Source: Paramecium tetraurelia
Taxonomy: Eukaryota
DNA length: 64,000 bases
Direction of reading: 5' to 3'
Assembly: GCA_000165425.1 (NCBI GenBank)
Contig: CT868219.1
Span: forward strand, 438,728 to 502,727
The stretch's first letter is position 1, and each line of letters opens with the position of its first letter. The notes below the pieces were generated by a model. The model was not told the DNA's origin. It ran no database searches and saw only the letters and a list, made by a program, of their open reading frames with translations. Made by a program: the position numbers and the translations under genes. Below, piece by piece: positions 37,483-50,328 of the stretch.

Positions 37483-39427
37483 TCATAATAGAGCTTTTAA
37501 TTTAGTTATCGTGTGATTAAACCATGGGATTTCTTTTAAAATGACAGGAGTTAGAGCTGTTCTAAATGTGTTATCCATAATATTTTGATAGACAATGACT
37601 TCACAAGAGTCATCTGTTTTCTTTTTCAAAATTATCAAACTCATCTTCTACCCTAGATATCAAAGTTGCTAATACCTTTTTAATCACATTTGATTTTGTA
37701 GTGATTTGGTAATGCTTTTGAGCTTGGAACAATAGTAATTTAATAAAGTAAGTCATCTATTTTACTAATTTCCTATTCACTGATGAATGCCATTTTCTTG
37801 AAAGTTGATTTATCTTCCCAGACATAATATTCAACAATTAGACTTCTAAATTCATCATACTTTTCTAAGACATCCTTCTATGTCATTCCATGAAACCATT
37901 GGATTTTGAGATCTGTAAAGATAACGATAGCTTTTTCGAGGGAACAATTAAGAGGATGAATTGTTTTTACAAATTAACCAGATAGATGATACATCAAATG
38001 AGTTTCAAATTCTATGGATAATCCAAATTATTAATACCTTAGACAAACTTCCAATTTAAATTCATTTAACTGATTTCATATAACTATTCAATTGAGGCTT
38101 CTTATTCTAGGATGGCATGTTCAGTAGAATTAGATTTTGTAGGCAAAAATTCTTAGAGATTTTCATTGCTATCTTTATTTACTTTGATTTCATCTATCAT
38201 TTTATTTATATGAGTCTGAACAAAATACTCATACTCCTATAAACATTCTTCATCATCAATCAAGTATTTGATCATTTAATCCTTTAATTGATTCTGATTA
38301 ATATATTTATGCAAAAGTATAAGAGCATCTTGTTTACAGTGTTTTTATTGTCCACATACATGAGACTAGATCTTTACCTTTTTAAATTGCTTAATGGATA
38401 TTTCTCCAAACTACTTTAGTGCTTATTCGGCATCTACTTAAGTATGTTGATATACTTGGATTATAATCATATTCTAGGATTTTTCGAAAAAACTAAAACC
38501 CATTGATGCAACTAATATGACTCTAAATATCATTGTTTTGGATGGATAATTGCTACATGATTCCTTCGAGTTCTCTTTCCTCATCTCCTATGAACAACAC
38601 CTTTAACATGGTTGGAGACACTTATTGAATTTTGCCAAAGCAATATTTTTCCATTTTTCTATACTTTTAATTTATGAATATACTAAAAGAGTTTGCCTCT
38701 CTCGTCTATCTTCTCATTCAACTTTTTTAAATAATGGATTATCATTTATTCTGGCTCATTCTTTGGCTGTATTTTCTTAGGACTGGCATCCAAAAGATCC
38801 TTTAATGCTGTTTCATCTCTACTGGGTTGATGTAGTTTAACATTTTAATCGAAACCGCCTTTTTAAAATTATTCTTTATATTTATTAATTCAATTACTAC
38901 CTTTAATATTTAGGAATTCTAAAAAGATATACAAAGAATGATCTAAATGTTTTAAAAGGTGTTACAAAAACTCTTAGAATATTTATATTCTTTACATTAA
39001 AGCATGTCCTATCTTTAAGCAATAATTTTCCTTGAATTTGTTTGAATTAAAGTTTTCTAAGGGAACTTCGGCATAGATTTTAAGTAGGAGTGAAGCTAAC
39101 ATTAATTTAATGAATTACTTATTCATGCAATTTCTCAAACTCCGAATATCTTTTAGGAATGGTGTAATCAAAATAATCAGTTTTTATTTAAATAACATAA
39201 TTTACTATATGTTTTTTATATATCGATTCATGGTCTTCATCCTTAAATATTTCTATTATTTCTATCTATTTAATCATTTGTTAATCGACAATCAAAGCAT
39301 ACAGATCTTTTCCTTACTTTTCCTTCTAGACTTATTGCTTTTGCCCAAGATTTGGACGTTCCGATTACTCTCTAAATAAAGTAGGAATGACTTCTTGCGT
39401 AAAGCTTTATGAAAGTATCTATTTCAT
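37483..39427 (-). CDS. PX-domain protein with helical middle and possible START/helix-grip C-terminal domain
   Basis: VNYVIQIKTDYFDYTIPKRYSEFEKLHEQL..MPKFPQKTL..IIAQRQDMLQ (PX). C-terminal VKTIHPLNCSLEKAIVIFTD..QWFHGM..DVLEKYDE. Confidence 0.72.
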
Positions 39428-39958
39428 AATAATAAATAAATATTAATATATTTTACAATTTTTGTTATTCACAACTTTTATTATAAATGCTTTAATAATT
39501 GTTAATTCTTGACAGAAAACCTGTTTTTTCATAAAGCAATTAAGCTACTAAAATTATCTAAACTATTAATGAGTAAATACACTTGTTCTTATTCTCATTT
39601 TCTGATAATCACATTCAGCTATTTCTCATACCAATTTTTAATTTACTGTTATAATAAATTCTTATATTTATGATATTAATCGATAACATCAACTTGGAAT
39701 ATTTTGAGAATCAATATTATTTGATGAAAAAATTCATAGCCTAATTAAGTTATTGATATTATTTCTAAAAATAAAATAGCATTTAAATTATTTTATTTAA
39801 TATCTATATAAATTACAATATCAATTCTCAATTGTTCTTTTTATTATATAAATAATGTAACTTGTAGATTTTAAACTAAAATATCTCTATTTGTATTCTA
39901 AAAATAAACATTCTAAAACTATATTCGTTAATTATTAATATTTATTAAATTTTCAAAT

Positions 39959-41633
39959 ATGTCACATAATGCTATATTGAAATGGGTGGGGTATTTGGTG
40001 AATGTGCCTGAAGGTACTACTTTAAAAGATTTAAGTGATGGTAGAATTTTAACTAATTTACTGAATAAATTGAATCCTGAGGCTTATCCTCAAAAAGTTT
40101 AATCTTCTCCTTAAAAAAATTTCTAAATGGATATGTTATGTGTAACTAACTTAGTTTAAAATTTGAAATAATCAATTCCCAATTTACCTGAAATAAATAG
40201 TTTATTAATTGCAAAGCATTAAGATACTACCGAAATCATTAAATTGATTTCAATCATAATAAAAGTACTTATGTTTACTATTGATAGATTATGATCGAAT
40301 CTCAATTAGCTTAAGAGGCAATACTTAAATTAAATGAAGAATAAGTGCAAAATATTTTATAATTTATCAATTAATATTAGGAGGAAGAGATTGGACATCA
40401 GCAATAGTCTGATAGAAAATTACTTGATAAAATAGATGAATTAGAAGATGAAAATTAGCAATTGAAGTAATTGATAGAACAATAGGATAAGCATTAAACA
40501 TAACACTTTGATAAAATTAAATAATAAGAGCAATTATTAGTCTAAAAAGAGAATGAAATTAGTGAGATCAAAATATGTATGATATTCAATTCTTATAATA
40601 CTTAGAACTTCAAAAAAATATTCATATAGAGGAGAATATATCAGGAACTCTAATAGAAAAATTAAAAATGTAATTGACAGCAATCAATAAAGATAAAAAA
40701 GAATTATCTGAATAAAATGAAATGTAATTATATATATGTTATTGATTTAGGTTATAACATAAGTTGTAAAATTATTCGAATTTAGAAAATATCAATTTAC
40801 AATTATAACAAGAATTAGCATAAAGATGCAAATAAGACAAAGTTGTAGAGGAATTAAAAACAAATATTGAGATTCTAAAATAGCAAATGGATTTAAAAGA
40901 TTAGAAGATCAGTAAATTGTAAGATTAAATAAAACAGACATCATAAAATTAATAAAAAGAATGTAGTAAAGTTGTAGAGTTGGAAATGCAGAATGAATAA
41001 TTGAAATAAGAAATAGAAGATATTTAGAGAGGTAAAAATAAGGAAATTCATTAATTGCATCAAAAAATAAATGAACTAAAAATACAAGTAGACACAATGC
41101 AAATGGAGAAATAGGAAACATAAAGATCATCAGTTCATTATCAATAGAGTCCAAGATGTTTGGATTCTGAATTTAAGTCATTATTGAATGATAACATTGG
41201 TGGTTATTATTCAGAATAAACAATTTAAGAGTTTTAATAATAACTATAACAAAAAGAGTAATAGTTACAATAAAAGGAAATCCTGTTTGATCAAAAAATC
41301 AAGACTCTGGAGGCAAAGATAAACAAAGAAAAAGATACAAACATTTAACATATACAAATAGTAAGTATATTATATAATTAGACATCTTCATTGCAAGAGG
41401 AAAATAAGAAATTAAAATTGGAACTAGAGAAATTAATTGATACTAATTATTAAGTGAGTAGAATACACGCAGAAAAACAATAAAATATGCTCCTTATTTC
41501 AGTTATTGAATGTTTGAATGAAAAGGTTAATTAGTTACATTCCTAATCGAAGGAGCATCTTAAGAGTGATAAGAAAACACAGCCTTAAATTTTATCTAGA
41601 AATTCAATATCTTTATGGAGTGCTAAATAATGA
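39959..41633 (+). CDS. Hook-family-like protein (N-terminal CH/Hook domain + coiled coil)
   Basis: AILKWV..TLKDLSDGRILTNLLNKLNP..EINSLLIAKHQDTTEIIKLI, then a long coiled coil with SLQSLL and NMLLISVIECL. Confidence 0.7.
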
Positions 41634-41670
41634 TTATTAGATGATATATTTAATATTATTTTACTGATTA

Positions 41671-42285
41671 TCACTTTTTCTTTCCTTTCTTGCCACCTGC
41701 TGCTCCTCCAGCTGCTGCTCCTCCTGCTGGAGCTGCTGCTGCTGCCGCTGCTGCTTTGGCTGCTTATTATTTTTTGATTGCTTCTAAATTTGCTTTAATC
41801 TATTTTATAACATACACATCTTACTGTAGCTTCATCCATTCTGAAAGTTTGATGGCATGTTCCACAATAGTGTCTATCAAAATGCTTGGCCATATATACT
41901 CCTTGAGGACATTATGGACATTATTTATGTGATCTCTACACTGAGCCTTTATTATCTACAGTATAGAGTTTGAGTGTTGCCAATTTAACCTTTCGGTGTC
42001 TATGCTTCTTCTTCTTGGGCTTAGCAAAATTCTTCTTCTTCTTCTTCTTCTTTTTACCTCCTTCTGCATCTACATTTACATAGTATATGCTTTCACTGCC
42101 TATAGAGAATATATGATATTCTTACCCAATAAAGCAGATGCTGCAATAGCCTCACCATTACTCACGAGAGAGACTTCACATTACATTTCAGATTGAATCA
42201 TCATCATCAACTCATTAGCTGTACAGACATCAGCTAAATCATATAGTCTTACCTCACCATTGAGGTGACCAACTTTAATTATCAT
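41671..42285 (-). CDS. RPS27A: divergent ubiquitin-like domain fused to ribosomal protein eS31/S27a
   Basis: ..[57 protein letters not shown], plus an Ala/Gly/Lys C-terminal extension. Two introns. Confidence 0.92.
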
Positions 42286-42337
42286 TTTAAATAATAAAGA
42301 TTTTAATTTAAAATAAATTACTCAAACGCAATACCAA

Positions 42338-44740
42338 TCAATTTAATCTCAATCTACGATTTCCGAGCAAAGGTCTCAATTCACTAATTATGTAATGTTT
42401 ATTAGATTCCAAATGCTTTGCTGATTATTCCTCTAAAATTTATTAGCAATGCTATGTAAAGTGAGAATTGGATCTTTACAATAAGACATGAAAATTTTGG
42501 AAATATACCAATTGAAATTCTTTCTATAGAAGATGAGCTTATAATATTTAGGAATTAATTTGATCTTCCAACACTATATCATTAATCAAAGACACAAAAT
42601 TGCCTAATTTGATCAATAAGATTGCACTTAAAGACTGACTCATCATATAATTCAGGATCATCAATCCAAATTCTTTATGAGATTTCTGATTTACTTGAAT
42701 GTAGATATTTAATGGAATGAATATGTGTTCATAAGGTTCATCCTTGATTTCAGAATATTATTGAACTTGCATAAGTAATGTTTCACCCATTAATTAATCA
42801 TCATAAGTCTTCAGATATAATAGGAATGTTTGAATAAGAACACCCTAAATCCAAAATTCACTTTATGAAATCAATTAAGATTTCAATATATTTTAGACCA
42901 AAATGGCAAACTCATTTGAAATCTGGATTTTCTATACCTAACATTAACTTAAGAACATTAGTAATAATTCTGTTCCCATCTCAATTAAAATTTATTATTT
43001 TGAACTGAATATTTGTTAGATTATAAATATACATACCTCAATATGTTATGCCAATTAATCACTTCTAAAGATTATCTCAATCAAAGTTTCAATAATTTTC
43101 TCTTGAATATTCAAATTATTCCCTTGCCACTCCTAATAAAATTACTTTATGATCCAAGAGTGATCTGAAAATTAATCCTTCTTTGTTAGTTACGAATAGA
43201 AATTGAATATACATATTTTACTCTCTTGATTTTAAAAGTTGCTGTATAATTATTGTATGTTAGGCCAAAACTTGCTAGGCTAATCTATTATTTCTATAAG
43301 TTGATTTAAACACTCAATCTGCAACAGAATTATGCATTTATTTGTAGTTTGTAATGTCAATACTAAGTTTATAATAATTTATGAAATGTCTTCTGGGATT
43401 TACTCATTATATTTTAAATACTTTATGAATATTTATAAAATCTAGATCTTTAAAGGATCGAACAGAGCATCACTTGATTATAATTCCTATTAAAATTGGA
43501 CTATATATTAATCCATATCAAATTGCATATCAAGCATCACATTTCTAATTAAATAATATATGGCTTCCTTCTATATCACATTTTAAAAGGTCTTGAGTTC
43601 TGGGGTTTATTGAAATTGATCATTCATTATTTAGATCACATCATCAGCCTTATGACTTTGAAGAGAGGCTATCAAAAAATCAATGGCCGTATCTCTGATT
43701 TCATATGACGAATTATTATTTTCAGCATAGGCCTCTTCTTAATCAAAATAGATGTCGTATACTTAGGCCGGACTTAAAATCAAAGCATACTGAATCAAGA
43801 ACTTGAGAATATTGCTAAAATATCCTTCAAATAAAACTAATTCAAATTCTAATCCATTTTAATTTATCTACTCCAAGGCCAACAGAGGATCATAAGTATG
43901 ATTCTATAGTAACAACTTTAGAATCTTTAAAACTTGTAATACTAATTTATTTTGTTAATTAGGAAGATCTTTCAAATTTTAAATATCATTTTTGAATTAC
44001 TATTCTGAAACAAACTCTAATTATATTTGCTTTAAATGTTAATTAGTAAAATATATTTTATTTAATACAAATAACAATTAGCTTAAAGATTCTAATGAAA
44101 AATCTTTGTTATAAGTTAATTTGCTTAATATTATTTTTTATATTAAATACACAACTCTGAAATTGTTATTATAGATTTATTTCTCCAATTCCCCTAAATA
44201 CTTTTCAAATTCTAGAATTGCTGGATTTTTAATTATTTTTTATGCTAAAACTACCAATTTTAATGAGATTTCTAAGGCATTATCACTAATCATAGTTTAG
44301 CTTTGTTGACACAAATATTGCACTCTTTGAGAGTCTCCCTCTTCTTTAAATAACTCTTTAAGTAAGTAATATAATAATTCAATATCCTTTTGGTTTATAA
44401 TCCATTAAATCAATTCGAGATCTTATTGTTATTTTAGCAATATAAAACGTAATGCTTTTCTAATTTAAATACCTTTATTATTTTTATCGCTATAAATTTA
44501 AGTGATGATGGCTCTTAAGTATGAATATTAATTTAAGTCTAAGGAGTCCTTATGTTGTATTAACCAATAATTGAAATAAATTTCTGCCAGTTGATTCTTT
44601 TCAATAATTAAATTAAACAATGGATTCATGTCATCTAAATTCCTAAAGGTTTAATCCAACAGTTAGAGTGATTCATTACGAACACAATCTAATTAATCGA
44701 TCGATCCCTATAACAATTTCAATAATTAAAATTAATCCAT
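42338..44740 (-). CDS. importin-beta family HEAT-repeat protein (IPO7/9/11-like, divergent)
   Basis: N-terminal LLQGSIDQLDCVRNESLQLLDQ. Central LILSPAQVYDIYFDQEEAYAE..YEIRDTAIDFL..IQKEAIYYLI resembles the karyopherin acidic loop and following helices. Confidence 0.55.
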
Positions 44741-45596
44741 AATTATATTAATTAATTGAAAATAATTAATTATGCAATATAATCATAAAATTTATTTATA
44801 TATCTTAATTACTCTCACACTCCTAATTTTTATTCATAAATCTAAAGAGTATTTGCCCAAAATAATTAAAAATCAATCATTTTATTAGATTTTATGAAAC
44901 TCAACAGATTCATTAAAAGTTCTAAAATATTCATTCCTTGGATTTGCTAAGACTGTTTAATTAATTAGAAAAAATATTCGTTAATTTAAGAATTTAGAGT
45001 TTATTAAATGTGATTTAATTAATCTTCTGAAATATATAAGAAGATTTATTAAAAATAACGATAGTCAATATGACTGACTTTACATTATGAATAAGTCGTA
45101 TGATGATGTAAGAATGTGAAAATGAGTGTAAAATTATTGGGATTTTGAGGAAAAGAAGATTTGAATAAATTATATTTTATGGAATTTATAATCAATAAGA
45201 AATTTCATTAATAACGAAATATATGGACAGAGATTAATTTGTCTATTTTACATAGTTATGATAGATTAAATAACAATCAGGAATAAGAAAAAATAAAGGA
45301 AAGTGCTAATTATCGGAAGTACGTAAATAAAATTGGAAAAATTATAAAATAAATTATTCGTGGATAAAAACAGTTGTTAAATATTGATTAGTTCTTAGAT
45401 AAGCAGATTAGTTATTTTGATAAAATATTGTGGATAGGAAGTAACTTCTAAAGTTATATTCTTTGAAAGGAATTCAGAAAAGTTGAATGAGAAGTTCCAA
45501 AGTATCTAAAAACACAATTAGCAATACTATAAACGTAAGATAGAAGAGATTCGATTAATGAGTTATGAAATATTAATATTGAAATAATATCTATTA

Positions 45597-46103
45597 ATGC
45601 AACGACACAATTAGTTACTTACTACGATAGCCAACATATTGGATGAAATAATTAAAGAGACTGATGCTTTAGAAATAGAGTAAGATTCAATATCTTGCTT
45701 CCATGCAACTAAAGCACCATCAATAACCTTATTTAATTACTTATAAAGAATAGCAAAATACACACATTGTAGTGAAGAATGCTTTGTTATTGCCTTAATT
45801 TACTTGGATAAATTGCAAGAAAAGCATCCCTATCTAGTGTTGAATTCGAAATGTATTCATAGGTATCCAATTTATTTAATCAGATTTCTATTGACTTCTT
45901 TGGTGATTGCCATTAAAGTTTAAGATGACGATTATTATAAAAATGAATATTATGCAAAAGTAGGAGGTGTAAGCGTAAAAGAGATTTTTGTTCTTGAATA
46001 GGCCTTTTTAGAATTAATGGATTATGAATTGTTTATACCGGAACAACACTATTTTATGTACGAAAAGAAATTACTAGAGTATACAGAAATTGAAATGCCC
46101 TGA
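45597..46103 (+). CDS. Pho80/cyclin-P(U)-type cyclin
   Basis: FHATKAPSITLFNYLQRIAKYTHCSEECFVIALIYLDK..IHRFLLTSLVIAIKVQDDDYYKNEYYAKVGGVS. Alternative in-frame ATG at 45558. Confidence 0.92.
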
Positions 46104-46464
46104 TAAACCTTTGATTATCGTTAATTTTTGATTTAGTTTAATTATTTTAAACATGTCTCAATATATATATCTAATCAACAACTTTTAAAATAATAAAAAA
46201 TAAAAGTATTTTATTATAGAATTTTTTCAGCGTAAATTCTACATTTACATAATTATAAATAAATATTAAACCTTTAAGAAATAGTATAAAATAATCAAGC
46301 TCTCATTATTTTCATTAATCAATTGAGTTAAATATTCAGTGTAATCTCTCCAAAGAATTTATTCTGCATTATAAATCATAATCACCAATTATTTTAATGA
46401 GATGAGAATAAGTTTAGAATTATTTATTATTCATGATTTGAATACTAAATATAAATAAATAAAA

Positions 46465-48105
46465 TCATAATAGTAATGTATTTCTTGATTCTTACCACTT
46501 CATCTCTCTATCACGATGTCTTGTTAAAAGTAGTACGAGATGAATCTAAGGCATATATATAAGATTTACCTTTCTTGACACTTTTATGAGGTGCATTATA
46601 TCTGGATTTGTACTTTTATGCTAGCAATTCTTAATAGACCATGGATTGGCCTTATAATATAACAATTGATAAACTATATGCTTTTACTCTGACTGAATAG
46701 CATAATACAAGGGGGTTTTGCCATCTTAATCTATAGAATCAACATAGGCCCCATAATGAAGCAATCTCTCAGTAATTGATTAATAGCCCTTTTTAGAACT
46801 CAAATGTAAAGGTGTCTATCCTTCTTCATTTATATCAAATGCATAATATCTACATTTTAGGAGCATAAAGTTGATAAGTTATAAATTATTATCTTCTACA
46901 CCCTCAAAAAATTAGAATGATCCTTCCCTTTCATAAGCTTTTTTTTAAATGACTCCATTCTAGAAGATTTCTTTTATAGTTAATTTCATTAATTTCATTT
47001 TTCTAACGCAGTTAACTATTTAATTAAACAACTTTTTAAATATTGATCTGACTTAAATGCTGAAAATAGTGTTTTATTTTTTTTTGAATCTATCCTTAAT
47101 TTAAGATGATTTAATTGATTATTACATGAAATTTTAAGATTTTGATTATTTTTATTTTTATTCTTCTTCTACTTAAAATGTAAATTACTTTAAAAATGTT
47201 GTGGATATTCTCATTCTTTTGTTATTATTACATGATTTAGTCTATTCTGAAAGCTGTGTTAAAGTGATTTCTTATTATTTGCTTTATTCTTCTTAGTATG
47301 CTTTTTTTTTATCATAGTAAATTTGGATAACTGATTTTAATTTTTTATCTGGAGAAGTTGATTCTTAGAATGATTGATCTAAAAATTTTAGGTTTCTCGT
47401 AAACGCCTCTCTAACCTTACTTTATTTTCTAACCGAAGGATTTCTTTAATTAATAGCAAGCATTTATCCTATCTTTTCTATCATATCTTTTGGGTGTTAA
47501 TTCTCTAATTGTTCAAACTGAGTTATTTCATTTTCTTATGTAGAAACAGTTTTTGAGTTTTAAACTGATTTTTTTTTCTTTCTCATTAACAAGTTATCTT
47601 TATTTATTAATTTTAGAGCCTTAGAAACTGAATCACTCCCTTCTCCATTCATTACAGAAATCTATTTCCCTATTGTTTTATAATATTTGTACATTAAAGT
47701 CAATATAACTTAATTTAGGTACTTTGAGATTTCTTTTTTCAGAATTATTTCTACTATTTTAGATAAGTATTTCATCTTCCATTCTGCTTTCTATTTTTCT
47801 AATACCAATATTTTGAGGAGTGTTGGGATTTATTGTAGAATTTTTTACGAATGAGGATTACCTTAGCCATCTACTAGTTTGAGCTCGGTTGTTACTTTAT
47901 TTGATTGAATCACACTTTATTATTTATTCAAAGATATAAATACTTTAAATTAGGCAAGCGGTTCACTTTATTGCATCATTCCTTTTCCGCTTTTGGCTTC
48001 TAGTTTTTTTTTAATCGTAAATGACTTTTCTGTTTTACCGTCCATATAATTATACTCAAATGTTTCAATGTATAACGGCTTGATAGCATATTTAAACTTG
48101 CTCAT
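46465..48105 (-). CDS. ankyrin-repeat protein, paralog A
   Basis: C-terminal CRYYAFDINEEGQTPLHLSSKKGY..LLHYGAYVDSIDQDGKTPLYYA..KANPW, preceded by a basic low-complexity region. Confidence 0.8.
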
Positions 48106-48142
48106 CCAAATAGATTGTTATTATAATATTTAATTATTAAAA

Positions 48143-49553
48143 TCACAAATCCTAAATGACTCTACCACAATTTCTCCAGGTTTGTTATCTTTTCTTGTAT
48201 GGAATCATCATCAGCAATAGGTCAATCTAATTACTCATTAAACTAATACTCTTCTTGCAATTTTGAGCATCTTCATTAAACTAGGATCAGTAGTTTCATA
48301 AATGCAACCTTTAGACGACCATGGATTACATTGTTGAGATAGCAAAAGTTTAACTATATCCCTTTATTTATTAACTAAAGCATAATATAGTGGTGTTTTA
48401 TAATTTACATCTTTTGCATCAGGATACGTCCCATAAGATAATAAAATTTCTGCTATAGCCATATATCCCTTTCTTGAGCAAATATGGAGAGCAGTTTAGA
48501 AGTACTCGTTTACATCAAACGCATAGAATCTACATTTTTCTAACATTAATTTAACTAAATCTAAATCGTTTTTCCCTATTGCTTTGAAGAATACGTATGA
48601 TCCTTCTCTTTGATATGGTTTCAATTTGATAATCTCATTGTTTTTTAATATTATCTCTGGGTGCAATTTCATAAATTTCAGTTTTCTTATACAATACAAT
48701 AATAGGCTCTTCATTTTTTCTAAGTTTGTCTAAGTTGAAATGCTGATATTGCACTCAGTTTTTCTCACTTTTGTGGGATCTTTTTTTGTTTTTATTGCGA
48801 AATCCCAATATTTATAAGATTGTTTTTGTAATTCGGAATAATCATCTTTTTCCTGATTCTTGAAGGATAAATCAGAATCGGCAAAGTCTTCAAAAAAATT
48901 TGTTTGAGTTTTTATCTATCTCTCTATTGAGTCCGATTATTTAGTTAATTTTCGTTAAAGATTAAAGTCATCCATTTTTTATGATAATCTTTACAGGTTA
49001 ACACTTTTTCTGGATAAATAATTTTAAATTTTATCCTATAACTATTAATCCTTATTGATATTCTATGATTTTTTATTCTTTTATTGAATGTGATTTTATT
49101 AGGAATTTTTCATTTGATTATTATTAGTGCTAGAACCCTTAAAATAAAGAGGCTCTTACTCTAATTTTTCTAATACTTGTTTTTTCATCTATCTCTAGCG
49201 AAACGATTTCTAATATTACAGTAGCAAATCTTCAAAGTTAGTAACTTTTATTTATTTTCTCATCAGCTTTTTGTCCTGTATAATAAATTACTTAACCTTT
49301 TCATTTAATTCATTACCTGAATTCTTTTCTTTGATCTATTTTCTTCATATAATTACATTAAAATCAATATATTTTTACACATCTTCATTGGAACATTCCT
49401 AGCATCTATCCAACGTCATTCTTCTTTATTTTTGTTTCTTCTCCTAACAATTGTTTGTTTCGTGAAATGAGTTGCTTACGGTTTTAAATCTTTAATATTA
49501 AAAAAATTCAGCTTTCTTTTTAATTTAGAATGACTTTTCTTGATTTCCAACAT
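48143..49553 (-). CDS. ankyrin-repeat protein, paralog B (5' structure uncertain)
   Basis: CRFYAFDVNEYFQTALHICSRKGY..LLSYGTYPDAKDVNYKTPLYYA..QCNPW. The first-exon frame could not be resolved by hand. Confidence 0.75.
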
Positions 49554-50328
49554 AATATTTATATTGTTGAGTTTCTATTTATATTGGTTAATAATTCATA
49601 ATAATAATTTATACAAAATATTTATTAATATTTAATTTATCTTAAACCTAAGACAATTATAAACAATTCAAACACCAAGCATTTAATTAATTAGTTAAAT
49701 CTATACTATATTATATAAATAAAGAAATTGATATGCTCTCCTAATATATTATTTCAATCCCAGTCTTACAGTTACATTTTATCTATTTAAACTTAAAAAG
49801 TCAAAATTATTTTGTTATAAACAGAAATATAAATTTAAATAAAATTGGAAATCCGTTTTCAACTTCATCAACTTTATACTATCAACATTTTGGAATCACA
49901 AGAGAATCTCAAAGTGTATTAGTCATGATGTAGTTGTTAAATTTATACTATTTACGGCTTATTTTCAAGGTTAATTTAAACTTAGCTCTCAAAACTTAAT
50001 AAAGCGAGCTTAATATTTAAGTTTTGAAGCAATTATAATTTAAGATCAAGTTAGATTAGTCTATATGCAAATGCATTCTTCAAATCCTGTTACTTTAGAA
50101 GAAAGGTATTAATGTTATTTTTTAATGTTCTGTAATAAAAGGAATATGAGTATCAACTTATAGATAAAGATTTAATATTCTAAACGATTATAAGGAATAC
50201 AATCAAGAAAGATTAGAATATTCATTTAATATAACAAGTACAAATTTATAAATTAATTACACTACCATTATATTTCTGTTTAAAATATGAATATATATAT
50301 AATATATATAATAAATTTCAAATATTTC

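Noticed and set aside
49985..50030. 11-bp inverted repeat (TCAAAACTTAA..TTAAGTTTTGA) in an intergenic region
   Set aside because: An AT-rich stem of this length is expected by chance in 64 kb of such DNA, and there are no snoRNA/tRNA motifs.
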